Source: Sphaerodactylus townsendi (Eukaryota). Taken from it: a stretch of DNA of 64,000 nucleotides. The position numbers were made by a program, and so were the translations under genes. Shown here piece after piece: positions 26,597-37,482 of this stretch (within the stretch, counting starts at the first letter, position 1; every line of letters starts with the position of its first letter). The notes under the pieces are model-generated. The model was not told the DNA's origin and did not search any database. It saw only the letters and a list, made by a program, of their open reading frames with translations. The stretch spans positions 72,478,001 through 72,542,000 of the forward strand of contig NC_059432.1 in NCBI RefSeq assembly GCF_021028975.2, in the 5' to 3' direction.

Positions 26597-27043
26597 GGCC
26601 CTTTCTGCAGGGGCCATGCGAGCAGGGATGCACCAGCATAGTCTATGCCAGAGCACCCCCCAGGGCTGTTAGCATGAACGAACCCGCTGGCCCACCAGCC
26701 AGTGGCACATCCTCCGCACGGGCTGCAGTGCTCCGCTTCGAGTGGCTCCTGCCATTGCCTCCAATGTTGGGGGCCAGGAGGAGTGTCCCCTGGCCTCCAC
26801 AGAGCAACTGGAGCCGGCAGGAAGTAAAAAGGGACCAGGAGCGATGCGAAGAAAATGCCAGCTTCCACACAATGCTGTTCACTCAGCACCGGATGGAAGC
26901 TGGTGTTTTCAAAAAGACTCGCTCAATGAGTGAGTTGAGAAAATGCTGTTGTGGGGAGAAAACATCACCCTGTGTGATCTTCTCCCCACAACAGCGTTTT
27001 TACCAGCCCCATGCTGGTCTAAATGGCCCGTGTGAAATGGACC
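26597..27043. mobile_element. Harbinger-type non-autonomous element, multi-hairpin body (older copy)
   Basis: TIR ggccctttctgcaggggcca / tggcccgtgtgaaatggacc, 3-bp TSD tga, several internal stem-loops. Confidence 0.75.
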
Positions 27044-27994
27044 TGAGTCATAACACATTGAGAGGGGTTGTGGAGTGAAGAACTTTGCATGCTCTCCTGC
27101 CTCAACAACAGAGGGGGACTAACCAGTGAAATAAATACACAAAGTGGTAAAGACACTGGGTACCTTTACTGCTCTGACACTATCCCTTTGATATGTAGAT
27201 TGCTTCTCTCAGGAAACTTTCTACTTCTCCTCCACACATCATTCTTGAAAGCACCTTTCCATCATGCACAGTGTGCGCCAAGGTGCAGACACCACCTCTT
27301 GCCAACCAACTAGTAGGATTAGAGAACTACACAACTGCTACCTCTATCTCTTCACTTTCCTGGGGATGCTGACACAGTTGTGGCACATGCAGACCCATTA
27401 CCTAGTCCCCAGCCTATGCAGATTCCCTTTAGGGAATAGACCCAAAGCTCTACTGTTACACCAGCATCCAGCTGCCTCCACCTCCTGTGCTGAAAATTAA
27501 GAATCAAGATTAGCAAATTAGTGCAACAGAAAAGGCATCACAAAGTTTTAACAACTATTCTAAGCATTACAGTACTCTAAAGATTATATGAGTTGTACTG
27601 GGATTCCAGGAAAAATATTGCATAGTTCTGAGGCTACTATAGATGAAGCTCTGTTAGGTTTACCATCAGAATGAATTTAATTGAGAGTTGTTTCCTAGGA
27701 CATACTTTTTCTTTTGACTAGTCTATGTAGCAGAGTATTAAATATATGCGTAGCTTAGGTATGAACAATGCATACATTTATCAAACAGGAAAAAGTACCG
27801 GTAAATGAGCACTATTTGTGTCAACGTAAGGGGGAAATAAAAAATTATATACATTTTTAACACTGATATTGTGACTTGTGTACAAAGTCCAGTCATAAGA
27901 CTATCCAAAGGAAATAGCTATATGAATAAAGATGTGATGCATTTGGCAACATTCAAATTTTAATCCAGAGATGTTGACGGGTGTTAGTTTAGGA

Positions 27995-28052
27995 TTCCTT
28001 AGGATTAGCTGATACAACTGTGTGTTCCTTAGGATTAGCTGATACAACTGTG
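27995..28052 (+). repeat. 30-bp tandem duplication
   Basis: ttccttaggattagctgatacaactgtg twice, 30-bp period. Confidence 0.9.
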
Positions 28053-28200
28053 CATCTTTTGTTCACAATTCAACACTGGTATATTTTGCATGAAAGCAGT
28101 TTCTCTCACTTATCATTATATAAACTAGAGAAGTTGGCACTGTTGTAGTTTAGTAATGTGCCTATGGGCACATGGTGTTAAGCTATACTTGGATGTCCTA

Positions 28201-28210
28201 GCTATAAAAA
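28201..28210 (+). promoter_or_regulatory. Candidate TATA box of SMCO1
   Basis: gcTATAAAAa about 120 nt upstream of the proposed SMCO1 start codon. Confidence 0.45.
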
Positions 28211-28323
28211 GCTTTAAGTGAAAACTGACCTTCAGTACAAATTTAGTTTGCTATGTATGAGGTTGCTGTCTCCTGCAACACAGAGTCAAGTCTGTGTTAA
28301 CATACATTTCCACACCCCTCTAC

Positions 28324-28379
28324 ATGAAGATGAGCAGAGAAGCTATATCTCTGTGTGCACTGAACAAGACATTAAACAG
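28324..28379 (+). CDS. SMCO1: SMCO1 proposed exon 1 (MKMSREAISLCALNKTLNR)
   Basis: Not in the ORF track. Open frame from ATG 28324 or 28330 ending AG|gttaca in phase 2, as exon 2 requires. Length and character resemble the mammalian SMCO1 N-terminus as recalled. The donor is weak. Confidence 0.65.
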
Positions 28380-28941
28380 GTTACAAAATGGGAACAGCAG
28401 AGCTGTGTTTTTCTGGAGGATGGGTGGGTGGAGAACTAAACTATTCCTGAAATTCTGTATTTAAGATGAATGAGTGTGCCTTTACAGGTTATAAGTGACT
28501 AGAAAATATTAACTGATGACAGATTTCACGACCTTTCTGTTTTACCTTGGGATTACAATGTAAAAGCCATCCGCTGTGTAGTTGTGATTTTTACTGGTCT
28601 TTTTGGGCTGTGATGTTAAGTATAGCATGGGAATCTGGACATAAATGTTCACTGACTTGCCTTCAAGACAGTGTTTTAGGATTAAAATTGTAGCATGCAG
28701 CTTGCATGTTCCATTCTTGTAGTTCTGCAAGGTTATTTTCCTTTTGAAACCAAATACCTTGATGAAAGTGACAAGTTTGCTACAGGATCTGTACTTTAAC
28801 TTAGCTCTGATAGGATCAAATCCAGCTGTTCCAGAAGTACACATACTGATGTTTTGAATTCTACATCATAGTTGTATTCTGTTGTCCCAAAAATCTGAGG
28901 GCTGCCGTTTATGACTTGCTTTTGCTGTAAAACAAAAGAAA

Positions 28942-29410
28942 AATGGTTCTGGTGGGTTTTCCAGGCTGTGTGGCCGTGGTCTGGTGGATCTTGTTCCTAA
29001 CGTTTTGCCTGCATCTGTAGCTGGCATCTTCAGAGGTGTATCACAGAGAAAAGTCTGTTTCACGCTGTGTCTAGTGAGAAGGGAAAGTTTAGTGTAGTGT
29101 ATTGTCCATGTCCCAGGGTGGGGAACCAATCATTAAGTGTTTGGGTGGAACTTGCTATGCAAAGGTGTGGTTGAGTGCGTTGTATTGCGGGTGGGGTTAT
29201 TAGTCCATTTTTTAATTACTGGGAGCCAAGTTTTCCCTTCTCACTGACTAGATATAGTGTGAAACACTTTTCTCTGTGATATACCTCTGAAGATGCCAGC
29301 TACAGATGCAGGCGAAACGCTAGGAACAAGATCCACCAGACCACGGCCTTTCAGCCCAGAAAACCCACCAGAACCAGTTGAATCCGGCCGTGAAAGCCTT
29401 CGATAATACA
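28942..29410. mobile_element. Penelope-like element with inverted pLTR arrangement in SMCO1 intron 1
   Basis: Minus-strand copy (KTWLPVIK, resembling a GIY-YIG C-terminus, then pLTR) fused to a plus-strand pLTR; arms ~28945-29085 and ~29232-29380. Confidence 0.85.
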
Positions 29411-30008
29411 AAAGAAAAAAATGTTGAGTTCCAAAAGGCACAGAAGGTAGAATAGTGATCTTCATGGATATGTAGACAATAGTTGAAGTTGATACATATA
29501 AAAAGTAGAAAATTGAGCAAGTTTGTCTCCAGCAGTGTCATAATTAGAAAATTTTCTAAATGTACACAAGTGTATAACAGCAATTTGTTGCTAAGCAGTT
29601 ACTCCTACACGTCTGGGTGGACAAAAAGACCAATACATTAAAAAAAAATTCTGTATATCTGGGGAGTACCCTAAGTACATCAGGTCCCCTATCCTTTGTT
29701 GGTGTCTGGCCTGATTTTGTTACTTTCAGGAGCATAATGGGGATTAACTACATTTCTCTTGAAAGGAATAACATACAGACAGAAGGTAATATGGTAAACA
29801 GTGGGTCCTAAAAGCTGTGTGTATCTCTTCCATTCTTGACTTTTTAGCTCTACTAAGCAATTTTTGCCCTCTTTGCCCATCTGTGTGTGATGTGTGATCG
29901 AGTCCATGAAATCCAATTCCGCAAAAAGTCTCTTAGTCTTTAAAATGCTGCTGCGGACTTCTCTGTGGATATTAGCGCTCATCCATTATGTTGGTGGTAA
30001 AATGTATA

Positions 30009-30226
30009 GTCAAGTCACAGCTGACTTATGGTGATTCCCTAGAGTTTTCAAGGCATGAGATGTTCAGAGGTGGCTTCCCACTGCCTGCCTCCACATGAGC
30101 TGAAAGAGTTCTGAGAGAACAGTGATTGGCCCAAGGTCACCCAGCAGGTTTCAGATAGAGTTTGGAATCTAAGCCAGTTCTCCAGATGAGAGTCTGCCAC
30201 TCTTAACCACTACACCACATTGGCTC
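30009..30226 (-). mobile_element. tRNA-derived SINE with RTE/BovB-type tail
   Basis: Minus-strand head gagccaatgtggtgtagtggttaagag; tail ccataagtcagctgtgacttgac. Confidence 0.7.
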
Positions 30227-30695
30227 TTGCATTTATATTGCTTAGCCAAATAAATATTTCTTGTGAATGTCTACAAAAACATCTCACTGACTGTCTCTGC
30301 TCTACTTTGAAAAGCAATGCTACTGAGTCCCTCTTAAAATTATAGTCTTTTAAAGATCCACCAGTAAAAGGTTCCAGCAACTCCCATTGATTCAAAGGGC
30401 AAGCAGTTTATTTTCATTTCATTTATTTTCTAGTTTTGTTTTCTGAAGGGAACTAAGGAAGATTGGATGGCTTTTGCATGAACAGAAGCTAGCATAAGTA
30501 AGTACAGGAGCATGCCAAATGTTAGCTGCATTCCTACTGCTAAGATACAAAAACCAGATGTCAAAGTTATAGACTAGTGACATTAATTGAGATTAAAATT
30601 CACATGAGGATGTAAGTTGCCTACATAGGCTGAAAGACCTATAAATCAGTATATGGGCAATTCTTGATCCTGCTTTGGTTTTTAAATCTGAACAG

Positions 30696-30845
30696 GGTAG
30701 AGACTAAACTGCAGTGCATTCAGGCCCAGTTTACTATGCTAGACACTAGCATGCAGAAATTATCAGAGAGTTCTGAATTGCAAAGCACCACCCTGAAGAA
30801 TCAAATGGAGGAAAATGAAATGTGGGCATCACTGGTAGAAGACAG
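30696..30845 (+). CDS. SMCO1: SMCO1 exon 2 (coiled coil)
   Basis: aacag|G acceptor, RVETKLQCIQAQF...EMWASLVEDR, donor AG|gtaag; 150 nt, phase 2/2. Confidence 0.88.
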
Positions 30846-30948
30846 GTAAGAAATATAAATTATGGCCTGAGTTACCTATGAATTTTTTAATAATTACATG
30901 TTATATCCCAAAGTTCCCTTGCAAAAGTAGAAAGCAAGTGTTGGGTCT

Positions 30949-31449
30949 GGCCGTTTCCGCACGGCCAGGAGGCGCCCCCACGCCGGCAGGAGTTCTGTCG
31001 GCGTGGGGGCGGGAGCCTGCTCGCACGAGCGAACCGACAGGCGACTGTCGCGTAAGACGCCTCTCGCTTTCCAGCTTCACTCCACCGGTGTCCTCGCTTA
31101 TTAAGCCTGCGGAAGTCGCCAGCCCGCCCAACGGCGCCCTCGACCCCTGGAGGTGGGAGGACAGTGTGGCGAGAATACCCGGCACGCAAGCATTAAGAAG
31201 GACACCGTGAGTGCGGGCGAGCGATGGAGACAGCGTCTTCGGCCCGGTCGCGGTTCGCACCGGCGCGAAGACGCCTTCCCAACAACAACAACCCTTTAAA
31301 GGGTTGTTGTTTAGGCGGCTGGACGCCGCCTCTGAGGGAAGAAGAGGAGTCGAACCGCGCTGCTGCGTTGCAGCAGCGGCCGCCTGTCTGCCTGGGGGCT
31401 TTTTTTTGGCGCCCCCAGGCCGTCATAAATGGGCCGTGCAGAAACGGCC
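30949..31449. mobile_element. Harbinger-type non-autonomous element, CpG-rich multi-hairpin body (young copy) in SMCO1 intron 2
   Basis: 18-bp TIR ggccgtttccgcacggcc / ggccgtgcagaaacggcc (1 mismatch), 3-bp TSD tct. Confidence 0.85.
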
Positions 31450-32250
31450 TCTGTGATATCCCTAGATTTCCCACTTGAGTGCCATCTCCCTCACACTGCA
31501 TCCCCTGTGACTCCTAAGGGTCCCCTGCTTCTTAGGAGCAGCTTCTCAGGTGGCTCAGAGAGCTTCAGAAGGAAGACAGGAAAGATCCGTATTGCAAGTG
31601 TAGCTCCACTCATGGTTCTCTGGATCCCACAATTCTCTTTGCTATAATGGTATCAAAGGAAATAGCTGGAAGTTGTAATTATAACTTTGTGTTAGCAAAA
31701 ATTAAATATAATCACTATATGAACGGTTGGTACTTCTCTGCAGCACACAAATATATTGTGATCCAAAGGACTTCTAACAGAGGCTAAAACTTAGGACTTC
31801 TCCGGAGCCAACACCACATAGCCCAGAAAAATCTACAATAGCCAGCTTCTAATAGAACTTTTTAAAGAAAGGTCTTAATTTGTGATGCTGGAACAATGGG
31901 GTCAGATAGTTCAACTAAAGATTTCTGAAGAAAATGTGGACAGGAAAACAGTCCTAATTTTAGGTTCCAACTTGGGAGGACATAAACATTGACCACTTTG
32001 AGTTTTTGTTCCATCTAGGAATTAATTCAAGTCTGAAGTAATCATATTGTAGTTCCCGCCCAGTTCTAATAATTATTTTTAGATTAAATCCCACTAACTG
32101 AATGGAACTTACACCTTAGAAAAGCATATTTAGGAATGTAAAGTATTCAGAACCAAAAGTCTCCCACCCATTATTTGAATGAGAATTAATCCCAGGCTTA
32201 TTGCAATTTAATTATTTTGAAATAAATCATATTTCCATCTCTTTTTGCAG

Positions 32251-32653
32251 ATACACTTCTGTTGAGGTAAACCTTTTCTACAGTTACATCTGTGAAACTA
32301 TTCATTATGTACATTCTCAAGTACTAGAAAAGCTACCGGATCTGAAAGGAGCCCTTCCTACTCTGTCGTCTATCCTGAGGAAAAAAGGCAAAAACCAAAG
32401 CATCAGGATAGCATGGGAGTCAGTACTGGAGAGACTTGGACTGCACGAAGGAAACGTTGAAGCACTCTGTGCCTTTTTCATTTTACATAGCTATGATGCT
32501 TGCTACTACCCAGTTAAACAAAGACAGAACTACTCCACTGACATCAGTTCTGTTATAACAAAAGTAGTGAAGAACCAGCTCTTTCGACACAGTCTGCTAA
32601 GTGCTGTCCGTCTGGTGGAGGATGGGAAAGCTTGGGGAGGTTTCCAAGACTAA
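32251..32653 (+). CDS. SMCO1: SMCO1 (C3orf43) exon 3
   Basis: ctttttgcag|A acceptor; YTSVEVNLFYSY...VLEKLPDLKGALPTLSSILRKK...WESVLE matches SMCO1; syntenic position between WDR53 and RNF168. Confidence 0.9.
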
Positions 32654-33579
32654 CAGGCACTTTCCAAAAAATAATGTTTTCTTTAATGCAATATCTTCTT
32701 CACAAGGACTTATAAGCTCAGTTCCAAATTTTACTTCAGCGGTTAATTCATTAAGTTGTCTTCTGCAGGAGTACCTCTCACCATCCACCTTGTCTATATT
32801 TTGAGGGCTAATGAAGCTAATGTACATGGAATGCTTTGAATGCTCTAAAGTAAACTATTTATAAAACTTTGTAAAAATATTTTTCTGTCAGTATACATTC
32901 AGATTCTATACAGAAAATTGTTCCTGGTACTTTAATCCCATTAGCAGGATACTGAAAATTGTCAATTTTCCCCAATGCTATAATTGAACTTGTTTACATG
33001 TTTACTACAGAATTCTCACATGCACAAATATATATTTAATTATATTAGTCAATTTTAATTGTAGCTACCTGTCCAAACAGTTAATAATACTGGTTTTATT
33101 TTAGTTTCTCTGTCAGTAGATCAGCTTGTTTCTTGTATAACTGGGTGTAAAATAGTAAATTAGGTACCAAATCTCATAACCTTTGTGGAAACAACAACTC
33201 TAGCATTTTATGACTTCTTTGAGTTCATTGTTCACATTTCCCCCAACTCTGGGTGCATATGTAATCTAGTTTAGTACAACTGTAGTCGCACTCCAACCTA
33301 AAACTAAATTTCAGTGGCCTCAATTCTACCTACACTTGCGCTGCAGGGTGCTTGTTTGATGCAACAAATATAGCATGGCAACCTAGTTTGAATTCATCAC
33401 CTAACACACATATATACTTTCACACATATATGTGTGTGTATATTCAACCTGGCAGCAGGTTGAAACAAGGCTACCTGCTTTGAGTTTATCACGTAACACA
33501 TACACATTTTCTCTCACACATATTATATATTATATTAATAAATGCAGAGGAAAAATGGGGCCCGGGGCAAAATCTGAGT

Positions 33580-34250
33580 TTTAAGCCCCCCCCGCCCCGC
33601 CCGGGCCCTTCCCCACCACGATCAAACAGACAGAAGCAGGCTTATGCCTCCCTCCCCCGCAACAAACCTTGCAGGCAGGAAAACCCTACCAAGGCGAGGA
33701 ATCCCTTTCCAAGGCGCCTCGCTCCCCTCGCCCTCGCAAGGATGAGGGGGGCGCAGGACCTTCAAAACATATGAAGCCAAAAACTTATAACGCATATCTA
33801 TAATGATTTGGCAGCAGGTGGAAACTTCTATGAAGACAAACCTGCTTTTCATCGCACTGCAAAGAACGGCGGGACCAGGCAAGCGGAAGGGGCGAGGTTT
33901 GCCACTGCGCGGCTGCGAGATGGATGAGCCTCGTTCGCTGCCAAGGCCAGGAAGGGCGGGCACGACCCGGTTTCGCGCCATGAGGGAGGCGCGGCCTGTG
34001 TTTTGCGACAAGGAGTAGCCTCTGCGACCCGTGTGGCTCTTGGAGCAGTGAGAGGCGGCAGTGGAGGGGCTTCGCGGTAGGTTTCGTGCAGTTCGCCCCA
34101 TGGAGTAGCAGCCAGCGCCTCGTCCCTTTTCTCTGTGGCGACTCGAATCCAGCCTCGGGGTCCAGCCTCGGAAAGGAAGGTGCTGCAGCCTCGTTCCTTA
34201 TTCGGCCTTTTGCAAACGAGAGCTCGCGGCTTTCTTTGCTCGAGGTTTGG
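33580..34250 (+). promoter_or_regulatory. RNF168 CpG-island promoter and probable non-coding first exon
   Basis: CpG-rich; canonical E2F site TTTCGCGC at 33971; candidate donor GCG|gtaggt at 34077. Confidence 0.65.
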
Positions 34251-34488
34251 GTGTAGTGTGAAGTTTTAGGGGGAAAGCATTCTTCGCGTCCTTTTTCTTA
34301 CTATTTCATCCCGGAGCAGTTAAATAAAGCCGATTACCAGCTTTGTTTATCTACTCTGGGATGAAGTAGTGGGTGAATGAGAAACAGGACACGAAGAATG
34401 CTTCCCCCCTAAAACTTCACACTACACGTAAGCCTCGAGCAAAGCAAATAAAGATCTTATTGAACTACGGCCAAATGCGGAAATAGGG
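34196..34488. mobile_element. Palindromic MITE just downstream of the RNF168 promoter
   Basis: ~95-bp inverted arms 34234-34330 / 34340-34444; right end ggccaaatgcggaaataggg. Confidence 0.8.
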
Positions 34489-35772
34489 TGCGATTGGATC
34501 CATATCAATTCGCAGTCTGTGTCAGAGAGATTTGCCATACTTCCTGGTGTACAATATCCATGAGTTGCATCCGTTTAGGTGAAGTTGTAGCGGATAGTAC
34601 GATGAAACTAAATCATTCAGAAATGCTCAGGTCAGTACAATAACATCTTCAAACGTTTCTTCTGCGCCCTTCCCCGGAATATTTTAGAAAACACGATGAT
34701 TTTTGTTGCAGCCCCAATATAGCAGTATGCATTGTATCTTCTGAAAGTACGTTGGCTTTATGGTTTAACTGGCAAGCTGCTTTTTAAAACCTGAGTAGAT
34801 GCAATTGTTTAAAACTGAAAAATTGAACAATCAAGGCTCTCAAAATATTTTTTTTTGCTGTGGAAATAAGATGCTGTACTATCTGATACACGGAATAATG
34901 GTATTTCCCCAGGCAATGGCTGCTGTCCTAAAAAAATTATTCGTTTCTTGGGAATAAGTCCCATGGAATAACATGGGACTTATTTCAGAGGAAACCTGCT
35001 TAGAATTGTGTTCGCAGTGTGAGGAAGGTGCAGAGGACAGAGAGAAGAAACTGAAGGGAAGAATGGAGCTGGCACACAGTCTTACAATGCCAAGAGATAG
35101 TAGGGATCATATAATTTATGTTGTCTAGAATAGTTGTTGACAAAATTGTAGAAACCATGCAGTGATAATCTGAATTCTTATACTGTAGGTTGACATTGGA
35201 TAACATAAATACAATGAGGAGGATATACTAATAAATAAGAAATTTACCTCACAATGGATGAGGCTGCTCCATGGAGTGGTGAGGTGGGCCTAACTGGCCA
35301 CCCTTTCCCTCCCCACCATGTCCCTTCCCCTTCTTGTTGGTATGATTGAGGTTGCATGTTTCGTTAGGGGGCTGGAGGATTGACTTGAAATAGCTCCACT
35401 TTTGGTTGGTTAAGCATCATAGGATTTATATGTTTTATTGCATATATTGGATACATTTTATTATATACATTATAAATGTTATTGTATATTGGAACCCTCT
35501 CTGAGCCAGCTTTGATGGAGGAGAGTGGGGTAAAAATCAAAGAAATAAATAAAAATAGAACCACACATCAAGGAAGATGCCTGCGAGAAAACAGGAGATG
35601 AAAGATTGGGGAGGATTTTGGTGTTAAGAAAAGGAGCCAAATAACAGATCCTGTAGTAGTCATTGAACAGATATACTTGTTTTGTGTTGTCTTTTTATGA
35701 TTTAGAGAAAGTAATATGTTCTCACTGAAGATGCTGATGATGCCCTAGCCACCGTTCTCTCCTGAACCCAAG

Positions 35773-36073
35773 ATGTCAACCGAATTGGAGGCTCCACTTT
35801 CCTTATCTGATTGTCTTTGCAATATTTGTATGGAAATTTTTCTGGAGCCTGTCACATTGCCATGCCAGCACACTCTCTGCAATGCTTGTTTCCAGCTTAC
35901 AGTAGAGAAGGCCAGTTTGTGCTGTCCTTTTTGCCGTCGCCGAGTCTCTTCTTGGGCACGTTACAATGCCCGTAATAAAACTCTTATTAATTTGAAATTA
36001 TGGGAAGCAATTCAGAAGTTTTTCCCGGAAGAATGCAAACGTAGAATTAACGGTCAGGACCAAGAAGAAGATG
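35773..36073 (+). CDS. RNF168: RNF168 coding exon 1 (RING finger)
   Basis: CNICMEIFLEPVTLPCQHTLCNACFQLTVEKASLCCPFCRRRVSSWARY; donor G|gtaagt, 301 nt. Confidence 0.96.
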
Positions 36074-37183
36074 GTAAGTAAAATTATACCATGCCACATT
36101 TATGTACCTGATGCTTAGAATTTGGGTTATGTTCTGGGAATAGCAATATTGCAATCTTTTCCCCACGTGAGCAAACATTGAACCCCTTGTAAAGCGGGAA
36201 GTGTATTGTCTTTTTCAAAGCAATCACGTGATGAATGTGGTTAGGCAAGCTAATTACAGTTTTTTGAATATACTTATTTGTGGATATTATCACAAGGTTG
36301 CTGTAATAGAATAGCTCTTGTATCAGTGACCACTTGGGGGCCGGCGGGAAATATACAGAAAGAGAAAGAGCAAGCAGTGAAATCTTAGGGCTGAATTGTA
36401 TCCCAGAGTTTTTACCTTGACTTGAACATCTTTAAAGTCTTTTAGAAAGCTAGAGGTGATGACCTCCTCTCTCAGTATTATTCAGACTAGTGAAGTTGGA
36501 CAATGGCAAAATATCTGTTCTGAGGATCTGATAATTTATGCGCTAAAATAAATAGTTTTCAACTTTTGTGTAATCAGAATTCTTCCAATTTATTGTGAGA
36601 CTTGCCTTTCCCCTTGTTTTATCCTTTTGTAAAATGTAATATTCAAAGTTGGAGTAGTGTTTTGGTGAGGGCTAGAAAACTGTATAGCCAAAAGATAGTA
36701 CATTGAAGGAATTAGTAGAATTTTGCTTCCTGCTTTAAATCATAACTATTTTATCTCTCACATAACTAGAAGCTTACAAAACAGCTTTTTTGTTTACAGC
36801 ATTCTGCATCACAAACCAGTTCTGAAACTTTCCTCAGTTTCAAAGCATTATATTTGAATGGATTGTATACTCCTCCACCACCTCAAAAAAGGACAGTGCT
36901 TAAAGTTCTCTACATGGTAAACCAAGTGGCATAGTTCTTTAGATTGTGATCTACTATTGGGTAAATTCCTGGACATTGAAAAATTGGGAGCTCCTTTTTC
37001 TCTGGGTTTTAGTGTTGTAGGACCATTTAAATGAACCTAGGGAGGTATTTAAGAAGTTAACTACATAGGTGTGCAGCCTGTCATATACCAATTGGATTAA
37101 ATTGCAGTGTCAAAAAAGTTTGATGTATTTTGCGTAAAAATAATGGAATTTATTAATTTTCTGTTTTTCCCCATCTACTATAG

Positions 37184-37260
37184 TATGCATTCCTCAGCCA
37201 GTACGTTGCTTAAGTAAGCCTGGAGAACTGAGACAGGAATATGAAGCTGAGATTACTAAG
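37184..37260 (+). CDS. RNF168: RNF168 coding exon 2
   Basis: tatag| acceptor, QPVRCLSKPGELRQEYEAEITK, |gtaata donor, 77 nt, phase 1/0. Confidence 0.93.
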
Positions 37261-37482
37261 GTAATATAGAAACCTGATGAGGACCTACTCGTAGCTTATT
37301 CTAACAGCCCCACAGCAAGCTAGAGCTGGTACTAGATTTGGCAGATAAAAGGATCAATGGCAACTACAAATAATGGGTCACAAGCTAGGGCAAAATGTTG
37401 TAGACCTTTTTTATTTGCAATTATAATTTCTAAACTGAATAAGAGAAGGCTAAAAATAAATCATGTTTCGTATCTACTTTAG

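Noticed and set aside
30468-30497. Candidate SMCO1 coding exon 1 before a gtaagt donor at 30498
   Set aside because: In-frame TAG in the required phase.
30949-31449. Structured GC-rich block read as telomerase RNA, 7SK, RNase P/MRP, a viral IRES or a viroid-like RNA
   Set aside because: No CTAACCCT template and no recognisable boxes of those RNAs; TIRs plus TSD delimit it as a DNA-transposon derivative.
30878-31647. Many overlapping 70-120 aa ORFs
   Set aside because: Expected from high GC content and palindromes; no recognisable domains or splice support.
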